32,000 bases of DNA from Edaphobacter aggregans (GTDB lineage Bacteria > Acidobacteriota > Terriglobia > Terriglobales > Acidobacteriaceae), in NCBI RefSeq assembly GCF_003945235.1, contig NZ_RSDW01000001.1, forward strand, positions 5,610,001 to 5,642,000, in the 5' to 3' direction. Numbering within the stretch: position 1 is the stretch's first letter; each line of letters opens with the position of its first letter. Under the pieces are notes generated by a model. That model had not been told where the DNA came from and did no database searches. It saw only the letters and a list, made by a program, of their open reading frames with translations. Shown in pieces: positions 1 through 8,403 of this stretch. The position numbers were made by a program, and so were the translations under genes.

Positions 1-242
1 GCAAAGCTTGATACAGATGCATAGATGAAAAAGGCACACCCACCTAAAACCATAGATCTCGATTCAATTGCAGCATACTGATTCCCATGCTCATGCACCA
101 TCGATCCAAGTGTTGCCAGAGCGATAGATGGAGCCGCACGGAATAATCCCGCAAAACTCTTGGGACGCAGGACATCTCCAAGCACAGCAAACAAACTGAC
201 GACGGTACCGCTAATCAAAAACCTGAAAAAGATTTCGCTCAT
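1..242 (-). CDS. small polytopic membrane protein, N-terminal part only (runs off the left edge); resembles DUF3147-type proteins
   Basis: Absent from the ORF track because there is no stop in the window. My reverse-strand translation from ATG 242..240 is open to position 1: MSEIFFRFLISGTVVSLFAVLGDVLRPKSFAGLFRAAPSIALATLGSMVHEHGNQYAAIESRSMVLGGCAFFIYASVSSF. Hydrophobic helices are present. The family name is from memory only. Confidence 0.5.
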   Translation of the reverse strand, partial: MSEIFFRFLISGTVVSLFAVLGDVLRPKSFAGLFRAAPSIALATLGSMVHEHGNQYAAIESRSMVLGGCAFFIYASVSSF

Positions 243-250
243 TTCGGAAT

Positions 251-834
251 CTATGCTGTGTTCTTCGCCTCTTTGATGAGTCGCATTGCCTGCTTCGTCC
301 CTCGACATCCGAGCAATCGGTATTGCTTGCCTTCCAGATTGTGATAGTTGACAAAGAAGACCTGAAGCTCCTTGAGCCATTTGCTGGGAGATCAGAAAGC
401 CTCCGAATGCCGGCATACATGTGGTTCGCCTCGGCTACGGCTACCAGCCTGTCATTCCGAATCTTCTTTTTCCCATCAAGCTGTTCGCCCTCGATGACGC
501 CAATCAACCGGGACTTGACGGCGACTCCAGGAAATGCTGGCTTATCCATCAGTAAGAGAACGTCAATGGGATCGCCATCTGGAGCGATGGTTTGCGGCAA
601 GAAGCCGAAGTCATAGGGAAAAACCATCCCGGCCGGTAGAACCTTCTTCAGAGCGAAGATCGATTGTTTGGGATCAAAGGCGAACTTGTTCCGGCTTTGC
701 GCCGGTGTTTCGATGATGACCTGAATGAGATCGTCATCCTGAATAGCTTTAGCACTGTGGGATTCGCAAGCGACTTCATGAGCAGGTTCCCCTTCGTCTC
801 GTCGTGATACTCTTCGGCTGTTGTTTTGATGCAT
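251..834 (-). pseudogene. ppa: inorganic pyrophosphatase (family I), reading frame interrupted
   Basis: Track ORF 211..834 gives the PPase core (IQVIIETPAQSRNKFAFD, FPYDFGFLPQT, DGDPIDVLLL, RNDRLVAVA). After RRLSDLP that frame turns to junk. The neighbouring frame reads KWLKELQVFFVNYHNLEGKQYRLLGCRGTKQAMRLIKEAKNTA and stops at TAG 253..251. This fits 1 nt missing in the T3 run at 380..382. A better-SD start (ATG 779..777, MKSLANPTVLK) lies in a third frame, so a second indel near 746 is possible. Confidence 0.8.
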
Positions 835-954
835 CCTCGGCTTTCCATGCTCGTTGCGCTTTTTCGGGCAACGAGAAACAGCCGGACGACCGGTGCCTCA
901 AGGGGCGCGACCTTCATGCTGCTGAGATTCGTGAGGCGGTTCGGCGCACAGAGT

Positions 955-1458
955 TCAAGAGAGGTTGTCCTGAATGGTCTGCGCGACGTCATCGATCGAA
1001 GTGCGTTTACCCAATTCCTCTATTTCTTTATCCTTCGCCACCTTTATCAAGCCAAGCTGCGATGCAATTTCTCGGTTCATTCCGACGACTGCGGTGATCT
1101 CCTTTTCGGTGAGGAGAAGGATCTGCAACATTAGGTGATCCCGCTCGTCGGCGCGCCTCGCCAATCTAGCTTGCCTCATCAAAATGAAGCTCGCTATAAG
1201 GATCGCTTCGAAAGACAAGCAGGTTCCTAAAAGAGAAAAAGGAAACGGATCAAAGTGTGAAACAAAACCTGAATGGGCAGTATTGATGAGCACCCAGAAT
1301 AAAAGACCAATTAAATGAATCGATACAAAGCTCAGACTGCCTATGAATGCGGCGAACGAGTCCCCCATCCTCTCATTGGGTGTGCGTCTCGCTAGAAAAT
1401 CCTGCTCGTGTTTGAGGATCGTACTAATATGTTCTTGCACATGGGTGGGAGAATCCAT
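955..1458 (-). CDS. DUF1003-family membrane protein
   Basis: 167-aa ORF. It has two TM helices (FVSIHLIGLLFWVLI, LLGTCLSFEAILIASFILM), the FDPFPFSLL motif, then a charged coiled tail, as in DUF1003 proteins. AGGA lies upstream of the ATG. Confidence 0.75.
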   Translation of the reverse strand: MDSPTHVQEHISTILKHEQDFLARRTPNERMGDSFAAFIGSLSFVSIHLIGLLFWVLINTAHSGFVSHFDPFPFSLLGTCLSFEAILIASFILMRQARLARRADERDHLMLQILLLTEKEITAVVGMNREIASQLGLIKVAKDKEIEELGKRTSIDDVAQTIQDNLS

Positions 1459-1467
1459 TTGTTATTC

Positions 1468-1713
1468 CTAAATTCGCGATCTCCCAATGACTGCCGGGAA
1501 CTTGTTTAGATGCGGGGAATAAATGGGCGGTCGTCGGAACCTGGCTTCGTAGCCGCAGCGTTTCAGCTTCCGGTAGCAGACGAAATTCCACGCGTCGCGG
1601 GCCGGCCCTTCGAAGGCCAGATCGGTTTCGCGATTGATCTTTCCTGACTCCTTTTATACTTCCCATTGGAGGGCGAAGCGTTCATGTGAACCCGGAAGCC
1701 AGAGGGCCATCAT
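1468..1713 (-). pseudogene. hypothetical 81-codon ORF with an in-frame TAA
   Basis: ATGATG at 1713..1708 directly abuts the stop of the upstream small ORF. Translation: MMALWLPGSHERFALQWEV*KESGKINRETDLAFEGPARDAWNFVCYRKLKRCGYEARFRRPPIYSPHLNKFPAVIGRSRI, with the TAA at 1656..1654. It looks more protein-like than the Arg-rich track ORF 1424..1666. No family recognised. Confidence 0.3.
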
Positions 1714-1878
1714 CTATCCATTGCGATTCTGTTTCATCACCGCTTCCCCTGCTTTCTTAGCATCGCCCTTGATGATTCCCTCCGTCTCTTCGAGATGAGC
1801 TTTGGTCTTGGGAGTAGCGAGACCTTTGGTGGAAGTTGGTCTCGTTTTGCCGTTAACATCGATGTTCCGTGGCTTCAT
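1714..1878 (-). CDS. small Lys-rich hypothetical protein (54 aa)
   Basis: Below the track size cut-off. ATG 1878..1876 is preceded by GAGGTG. Translation: MKPRNIDVNGKTRPTSTKGLATPKTKAHLEETEGIIKGDAKKAGEAVMKQNRNG. Its stop TAG abuts the next ATG. No family recognised. Confidence 0.35.
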   Translation of the reverse strand: MKPRNIDVNGKTRPTSTKGLATPKTKAHLEETEGIIKGDAKKAGEAVMKQNRNG

Positions 1879-2407
1879 AGTTCACCTCAAAGACAAGCTC
1901 GCATTATCTTGGCAATGCAGCATCACAATTCAGTGGACATTTCTTCTACGGCAACGGCGAGGTCTTTTTTTTTTCTAATCACCGAGTCGTCTTCGAGCAC
2001 CACATCTTTGTTGACCAAGGTCTCACTTCGTCCTTGCCCCAACGCTCGCCGACCACTTGTATGCATCATCTCTCCCTGGTTGGATGCAGATCTTGAGTCG
2101 GGAGGAGCCCCAAGGACTGGGTTCGGGTTCCAGCAGCATTGAGTAGCTCCACTTATCGGAACACTACGTCCCCTTATGGAGGCTACCTTTGGCCTCGTGT
2201 AGTCAGACGACGGAACCTAGATAGTCGAGAGGAACCCTACTGAACCAGACGATTTGCAGGCATCTTAGCCGTTACGTGAGCATCGAATAGTTGCAGAAGT
2301 CCAGGGGCTCTATTGCTCAGCATGCAAGAGCAGTCACCCGAAGAGATGAGTCGCAGCTTTATCGCGCATCGTCCGGACGGCATATCGAACGTGGATCGGA
2401 ATTAGAA

Positions 2408-4239
2408 ATGCGCGCTCCTGCCGCCACGCCTGGGATGGGAAGTCTATTAACCGAGGAAGGCTGCCGCTTCCGAGTCTGGGCGCCCAATGCAAAGCGCTTA
2501 CAGGTGGTCGGCGACTTTTCCTCTACTCCCATTGATCTTGCACCCGATCCTGGCACTGATACTTGGTCGGTTGACCAGGTGCCCGCCAAACCCAATGACC
2601 GCTACCAATATGTCATCACCAATCGCGGAGGTGAAACAACGACGACTCGCAACTTTGGTACCGCGCCGACGCCCGTGCTCTCCAAGTCGAATCCCCCTCC
2701 TCCGAAGCCCGCAGCTATATTGTTCCGCCCTTTCCCTCAGATCGCCCTGCCGTCAATACCCCACCCTTCGACGAACTCCTCATTTACCAGCTCCATGTCG
2801 GCTCGTTCTCGGGCCACAATGACGGCATCAATGTCCGCGACAATACCGCTACCTTTCTCGATCTCATCTCCAAACTCAACTACATACGTAACCTTGGCTT
2901 CAATGCCATCCAACTCCTACCAGTTAATACCGAACAAGGCAGCGCCTGCGGAGCAGGCGAGCTATATGGCCCCTCTGATCTCTACGCTATCGCCAACGTC
3001 TACGCCACCGATCCCTCCAAAGCTGTCGCCGAATTCATCCAACTGATCGACGCTGCTCACTCGAAAGGCCTCGCCATCATCCTTGACGTCATCTACGCCC
3101 ACGCCGGCAATCGTGAAAATCGCTACTGGCGCTATGACGGTAACTACGCTGGCCACACATTTGAAGTAAACGGCCAGCAACAGCGGGTCGAAGGCGGTAT
3201 CTATTTTGTAGACGGCCATCATACCCCATGGGGCGAAGGCTTCGCTCTCTGGCACCCTGAGGTCCGCGAGTTCATCCTCGACAACGCCCTCCTCTTCCTC
3301 CGCGACTACCACATCGACGGCCTCCGCTTCGACGCCGCACAGGCCATTCAGCAAGACGCCCTCGAATACATCGTCCAAGAATTGCGCCGCAAGTTTCCCG
3401 ACAAATACCTCATCGCCGAATACGACACCTCCGGCGATGCCACCGTCATCTCTGGCGATACCGATCCCTACAGCACCTTTGGCTTCTCCGGCACCTGGGA
3501 TCTCCCCAGCCCCTGGCAAACCTACGCTTTCCTGCGAGGCGATGAAAAAGCCGTGGACGAACTGCTGACTCGCATCGGCGACCTCAACCGTCCCGACCCG
3601 TGGCGCTCCGTCAGCTACATGACCGGTGCCCACGATCAGGTTTTCGGGGGTATGGGACGCCCTGGCATCTATATCGCTGAGCGCTTCCGAGGTCGCACCA
3701 ATCCCTTCGCCCGTGCCAAAGCGCGCCTCGCGTGGGCCCTCAACGCAATCCTCCCAGAAACCCCGATGATTTTCATGGGCACCGAAGGCCATCTGGACGG
3801 CCACTGGGATCCAGCCGTCACTGACACTGACCGCCGCATCGATTGGGCCAAAATGGGAGACGATCTCGGAGCTCCCGTGCAGCGCCTTGTCCGCGACGCC
3901 AATAATCTGCGCTGGCAGTACAAATCCCTGCACTCATCCAAAGGCTCCATCATCCACGTTGACCGCGAAAACACCTTAGTCGCCTTTCGCCGCGAGAATG
4001 GTTTCGGCGAGATTCTACTCATCGTCGTCCACCCCGGCGACTCCCAATTCGGGGAGCTCCGCTACAACTTACCCCTCGGTGACGACCCCTCTTCGTGGCG
4101 CGAAATCTTCAATTCCCAGGCGATCGATTACGGCGGCGAAGGACAGGGAGGATACTCCGGCGCCGAAATTATGCCAGATGATAACCAACTTCCAGTTCAG
4201 ATTCCGGCGTGGAGCTTGCTGATTTTTAAACGTCAATAA
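2408..4239 (+). pseudogene. GH13 alpha-amylase-family glucan enzyme with N-terminal CBM48 (branching/debranching type), frameshifted
   Basis: Frame 2 from ATG 2408 reads GSLLTEEGCRFRVWAPNAKRLQVVGDFS...DRYQYVITNRGG (CBM48-like). Frame 1 is open from 2635 but has no start codon until 3382. It continues NNDDSQLWYRADARALQVES...FDELLIYQLHVGSFSG, LGFNAIQLLPV, DVIYAHAG, GLRFDAAQ, IAEYD, YMTGAHDQ (GH13 regions I-IV) to TAA 4237..4239. The junction is at the A3 run 2634..2636, which appears to be 1 nt short. Confidence 0.85.
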
Positions 4240-4240
4240 C

Positions 4241-4258
4241 TTTCCGCGACGGAAATTT
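4241..4258 (+). terminator. weak intrinsic-terminator-like hairpin after the GH13 gene
   Basis: TTTCCG-cga-CGGAAA followed by TTT, 2 nt after the stop. The stem is short (6 bp). It lies between convergent genes. Confidence 0.3.
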
Positions 4259-4345
4259 CTAAATCTTTAGACCCTCCGCTGGTTGCTCGTCAGCAATGAG
4301 ATTGTTCGACAGTCGCGGAGTGTCCGGCGGTCAAGATGATCCGTT

Positions 4346-5863
4346 CTAACGGCGAGGCCGGACGCTATGGATAGCCCTGCGAGCTTGTCTCAAGGAAATG
4401 GGCTTTCGCATTAGTTCCGCGAGAAGCGCCGTCTCCTCGTCGCGCCCACAACTCACCACGGCGATGACCTTGTCGCGCTTACTTAGAAGGGCAATGAAAT
4501 TAAATCGACGAACGTCGCCGATGACAGAAACGTCGTCCCACTTCTCCGCGTGGCCCAGATATTTGATGGTCTTGTCGAAATGATAAGTCCAGAAGAATGG
4601 AACATTGCGGAGCGGCATCGTTTGTCCCAGCATTTGCTTAGCTGCATGCATCCCATGCTGCTGCGCGATTCTCCAATGTTCAATACGAAGCCCTGCAACA
4701 TTTGCTATGTCGCCGGCCACCCATACCTTGTTTCTAGCTCTTAGCGATTCGTCTGTCAGTACTCCACCGTCTGCAGCCAACGGCAGATCATGGTCAAATT
4801 TGAGGCTAGGTTCGACGCCCACACCCAGTATGACGAAATCGCTATTGATTTGCCTCGGACTACCTCTTTGCTCCACGACAACATGTCGTGACGCTATTTG
4901 AAGAGTGTTTACCCCAAGGACAAATCGAATTCCTCTTCGTTTGTGAAGCGAAAGTAAAGCTGAAGCGACGCCAGAGCCGAATTGTTGTTCGAAAGGAAGC
5001 TTTTCCTTGCCAATCACCGTCACAGTCAATCCACGTTCCCTTAGGGCCGACGCGGCTTCCATCCCAATGAAGCTTGTGCCAAGTACGATCGCATGACGGC
5101 CTTTACGTGCGCGAGATCGGAGTCGCCTCAAGTCATCAATATGCCGGATGGTGTACACATCCTCCGGATGCTGCATAGGAAGCCGCTTCGGCGTTCCACC
5201 AGTAGCGACGAGAGCCGCGTCGAACCGTACCTTTTTCCCATCGCTTAGGGTGAGCAGGTTCCCCCGAAGAGATTTCACTGAAGATCCTAGGCGAATGACA
5301 TCTAGCTGATCGAAGCTGTGCAGTTGGAGCCGATTGACAGGTGTTTTATCTGTTAGCGCCATCTTCGTGAGCATGGTTCTATCGATAGGCTCTTCCTGAC
5401 ATGGATCCACCACTACGATTTCACCGCAAAATCCTTTATCACGGAGAGTCTTTGCGGCCATCGAACCGGCTGCACCAGCTCCCACAATGACCATTCTTCT
5501 CTTGCCGGTGCTTGCTGACCGCCGCTTCTCTTTTTCCTGCCCTGCAGTCTTAGGTGAAGGAAGTGTAACGAAGACCTTTGAGTCTTCGATCCGGAGAGGG
5601 TAGGTTTCGAGTGAATTCATTGCGGGCGGTTCGATCAGCCGTCCATCTGATATCCGGAAAGTACCCATATGCCACGGACAGATTAGTCTTCCATTACAAA
5701 TAGCCCCCTTCTCAAGAGGGCCGCCAGCGTGTGGGCACTTGCTCTGAAAAGCCGACAATTTTCCCTGATGTCGCAGAACAAGGATCTTCTCCTTACCCGC
5801 CGAGATTAGTTTCTTCTCGTTTTCCTTGAGATCGACGACACCATGTAAGGGAAACTCAGGCAT
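4346..5863 (-). CDS. Rieske [2Fe-2S] domain fused to an FAD/NAD(P)-dependent pyridine-nucleotide-disulfide oxidoreductase (ferredoxin-reductase/AIF-like)
   Basis: 505 aa. Rieske ligand motifs CPHAGGPLEKG...CPWHMGTF. Dinucleotide folds VIVGAGAAGSMAA and AIVLGTSFIGMEAA. Confidence 0.9.
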   Translation of the reverse strand: MPEFPLHGVVDLKENEKKLISAGKEKILVLRHQGKLSAFQSKCPHAGGPLEKGAICNGRLICPWHMGTFRISDGRLIEPPAMNSLETYPLRIEDSKVFVTLPSPKTAGQEKEKRRSASTGKRRMVIVGAGAAGSMAAKTLRDKGFCGEIVVVDPCQEEPIDRTMLTKMALTDKTPVNRLQLHSFDQLDVIRLGSSVKSLRGNLLTLSDGKKVRFDAALVATGGTPKRLPMQHPEDVYTIRHIDDLRRLRSRARKGRHAIVLGTSFIGMEAASALRERGLTVTVIGKEKLPFEQQFGSGVASALLSLHKRRGIRFVLGVNTLQIASRHVVVEQRGSPRQINSDFVILGVGVEPSLKFDHDLPLAADGGVLTDESLRARNKVWVAGDIANVAGLRIEHWRIAQQHGMHAAKQMLGQTMPLRNVPFFWTYHFDKTIKYLGHAEKWDDVSVIGDVRRFNFIALLSKRDKVIAVVSCGRDEETALLAELMRKPISLRQARRAIHSVRPRR

Positions 5864-6158
5864 AATTTTCTAACGCCGTGTTCGACATCTCCGAAGCGAG
5901 CGATCCGACTGGGTTGAACAATGCATTATTGCGATTGGAAGTGGAGACTCTCTTGGCATGTACAGCAGAGATGCAGCAACGGCTCCGACGGTAAAGGCCT
6001 GAAGGGCGAAAAATCTGTTTGCTGTAGATTGCTCCATTGGCTGGTTTCCTCAATTCGACGCTTACCTTATTTGAATTGAGTCGAGCCCAAGACGTTGCAT
6101 AGCCTTCTACAATGACAACGATCTCGATCCGTCCAAAGATCCCTTTCGGATCGATCAA
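5856..6158 (-). CDS. hypothetical protein (uncertain; an alternative 55-aa ORF 5870..6037 overlaps in another frame)
   Basis: The track ORF ends in an 8-nt ATGCCTGA overlap with the Rieske gene start, which is typical of coupling. However, the alternative frame has a GAGGA SD and a TM-like segment (MEQSTANRFFALQAFTVGAVAASLLYM). No family recognised for either. Confidence 0.25.
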   Translation of the reverse strand: MIDPKGIFGRIEIVVIVEGYATSWARLNSNKVSVELRKPANGAIYSKQIFRPSGLYRRSRCCISAVHAKRVSTSNRNNALFNPVGSLASEMSNTALENYA

Positions 6159-6233
6159 AGTGCTTATGTAGGCCGAATATTGAGAAGTAGTCGGCTTCTA
6201 GCAAGCATCCTATCTACTAACGAAGGAGGGTAT

Positions 6234-6320
6234 ATGCCCTTTAAGAGCGAAGCGCAAAGGCGATACTTTGAGGCCAATAAAGTGAAACTTGAAAAGCAGG
6301 GTGTCGACGTAAAGGCGTGA
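6234..6320 (+). CDS. small conserved-looking protein (28 aa as written; TGA falls where Trp is expected)
   Basis: AAGGAGGG at 6223..6230, then ATG 6234. Translation: MPFKSEAQRRYFEANKVKLEKQGVDVKA*. Read-through continues EESSRGMKLPERAPRKKAAEK. The pattern recalls small phage/bacterial KSxAQxRxF...W...LPE...KK proteins. Confidence 0.45.
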   Translation: MPFKSEAQRRYFEANKVKLEKQGVDVKA

Positions 6321-6435
6321 GAAGAATCAAGTCGCGGGATGAAGTTACCGGAGCGTGCGCCTCGAAAAAAGGCCGCCGAAAAGCAGCGGTCTAACCGCAC
6401 ACCATGCGACATTGCGATCGCCGATGGACCTCGCT

Positions 6436-7040
6436 CTACGGCGACGCGGTGGGAATTTCTATCCCGGATACAAATGTCGCGGCTTTAGATAGATCGCCAA
6501 TCAAGATGTGTCTGTCACGATGGCGATCTTCATCTTTGCGAGCCCGGAGAATCGCGGACGGGTGAAGCGTCGCGATGATAGGTGCAAGCCCTTCCACGTG
6601 GTGGACTTTGCCGTGAGCCTGGGTGATTTTGAAGTTCGAACCCAAGAGAGATTGGGCCGCGACCGCACCCAAACATACGATTAATCTCGGCTTAAGCGTC
6701 TGCAGTTCCGCGTCCAACTAAGGTCGACAGGCATGAATCTCTTTCATATTTGGTTTCTTGTGGATTCGTAGTTTGCCACGCGCCTCCCATTTGAAGTGCT
6801 TGACCGTATTCGTTAGATAGACATTGCGTCGATCAATCCCTGCTTCTTCCAGGCATTGATCTAAAAGCCTGCCGGCTGGGCCGACAAAAGGGCGGCCTTC
6901 TCTATTTCACTATCTCCAGGCTGCTCACCGATCATCATGATGGAAACCTTCGGCTTAGTAGCTCGCCCCCCAGTCTCCAATTCTCCGAAGACTGCTTGAG
7001 TGGCGTAGCGATAGAGATCACAGCCGCGACATTTTTGCAT
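6436..7040 (-). pseudogene. family-4 uracil-DNA glycosylase of the UdgX type, with a frameshift plus an in-frame TAG
   Basis: From ATG 7040: MQKCRGCDLYRYATQAVFGE...IMMIGEQPGDSEIEK. After a 1-nt loss near 6895..6899 it continues RPFVGPAGRLLDQCLEEAGIDRRNVYLTNTVKHFKWEARGKLRIHKKPNMKEIHACRP. TAG 6720..6718 sits where the family has Trp. Track ORF 6436..6717 then follows (LDAELQTLKPRLIVCLGAVAA...ATLHPSAILR). Confidence 0.8.
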
Positions 7041-7060
7041 GGCATTTCGGAGGAGGCTAA

Positions 7061-7273
7061 ATAACCAGTGGGTGGTTGGGCCGTCGAAGCGCCCGCAGAT
7101 ATTGTCAATGTGGCATTAGCGGCCTGACCTGCTGCAGGCGTTACCGAAGGCGGAGAAAACTGAAAGGTGAAACCAGTTGGCAATCCCGAGACGCTCAAGC
7201 TAACCGGCGCGTTGAAACCATTGGTAGGAGCGACGCTGACTTGAAAAGTACCTGCAACGCCTTGAGCGATTGT
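7061..7273 (-). pseudogene. orphan Ig-like/surface-protein domain fragment
   Basis: TIAQGVAGTFQVSVAPTNGFNAPVSLSVSGLPTGFTFQFSPPSVTPAAGQAANATLTISAGASTAQPPTGY. This is the typical acidobacterial Ig-like repeat style. It is in frame with the truncated upstream gene but unrelated to it. Confidence 0.4.
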
Positions 7274-7912
7274 CATGATGTAGTGCGCGACACCCGGATG
7301 TTGGGGCTGCTGCAGGATGATCGGTGCGAGAATGAGGGTCGCCTTCTTCTGATTCGCGTAAGTCTCGTCCTTAAGCGAAGCATTCGCGATCAGGGACAGG
7401 GCATAAAGGATGGCAGCTTCGCTGTCCTGCGGATAGTGGGTGTGCAGCAACTCCATCGCGGTCTCATACCGTTTGGCGCGGATGCCGTGACTTTCTGAGC
7501 CAGCATTTTGATAGAAAATCTGAATAGCGCCCAAATAGTCGCGTTCCCTTTGAGTCTTCGGTCCCATAGATAAACCTTCTTGAGCTGCTTCCAGGCCGAT
7601 CCTTAGATCGTCCTTGGTCGGCGGATCCCACAATTGGCGTAGGGGCTCATCGCGATGTCCCACTCTGCCATGCTGCAACTGGGATCTTTGCTCAAGACGT
7701 CAGCAAATAACTGCGCTGACTTCCGGTAGCCAAAGGAGTGTAAAGTCGCTACCGCCAGATTGAATTTGTCGCGCACCTTGGGACTGCATGACGTGTCGAA
7801 GTGGACCGTTCCCATCCGGTCCGGCTGGTCCGTCCCATTGATAGTGCTGCGGTGCACATTCTAATGTGAAGACCAAAAAAGGCAGCACCCATGCGAAAAC
7901 AAAGCGGAGCAT
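7274..7912 (-). pseudogene. secreted TPR-like protein, 5' portion only, at least two frameshifts
   Basis: GAGGAGG SD, then ATG 7912 with signal peptide MLRFVFAWVLPFLVFTL. A shift somewhere in 7800..7860 leads to GTVHFDTSCSPKVRDKFNLAVATLHSFGYRKSAQLFADVLSKDPSCSMAEWDIAMS. A 1-nt loss near 7638..7640 leads to QLWDPPTKDDL...YALSLIANA...QHPGVAHYI. Homology then stops abruptly at about 7274. Confidence 0.6.
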
Positions 7913-8403
7913 AACCCGTGCCTCCTCGATCCATCGATCATAGTAGCTGGTCTCGCACGTCTTGCACTGACGACTTCAGGCCGAATCCCTCGTTGACCGC
8001 CCGCAACTCCTCAAACAATGGCGGCTTAGACCTTCACGAATCGATCTTTCGGAGTCGTCAGAGTCCACAGAGCGGTTCAACCATGTCGGTGGGAGCGCCC
8101 AGCTTTTTGCCAAAACCGCGCCACGGGCTTCCTTCTGACGGCGTTCTTCGAACGCGTGCCCCCAATCCTCTGTTCCGTTCCATTCTGCTCACCAATGCAC
8201 GCTTCCGAAAAACGCACTGCGTCATCCAGACACAATTCATGTCCCGGACGGTATCTTTCTGGCGAGAGTTTCCAAAGGCAGTTCTCGCAGCCTATTTGTG
8301 GCCTGAAGGACTTGTTGCTTTCTTGGCTTGTCTCCTTTTGACAAGTAACTGGATCCAGGCCGCGACGCTTGGCGGTAGAGCATCGGAGACCTTGTAACCT
8401 AAC

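Noticed and set aside
648-992. 114-aa minus-strand ORF overlapping the ppa 5' region
   Set aside because: It is mostly an off-frame shadow. Only the short MKSLANPTVLK stretch may be the true ppa N-terminus, and that is noted under the ppa feature.
2962-3933. 323-aa minus-strand ORF
   Set aside because: It lies entirely antisense to the GH13 gene. Its composition is Gly/Ala/Val-rich, typical of shadow frames in GC-rich coding DNA, and it has no recognisable motifs.
7918-8397. 159-aa plus-strand ORF in the gap before the regulator
   Set aside because: It has Ser/Arg/Pro-rich low-complexity composition, no SD and no motifs. The region is more likely a decayed minus-strand gene (see findings).
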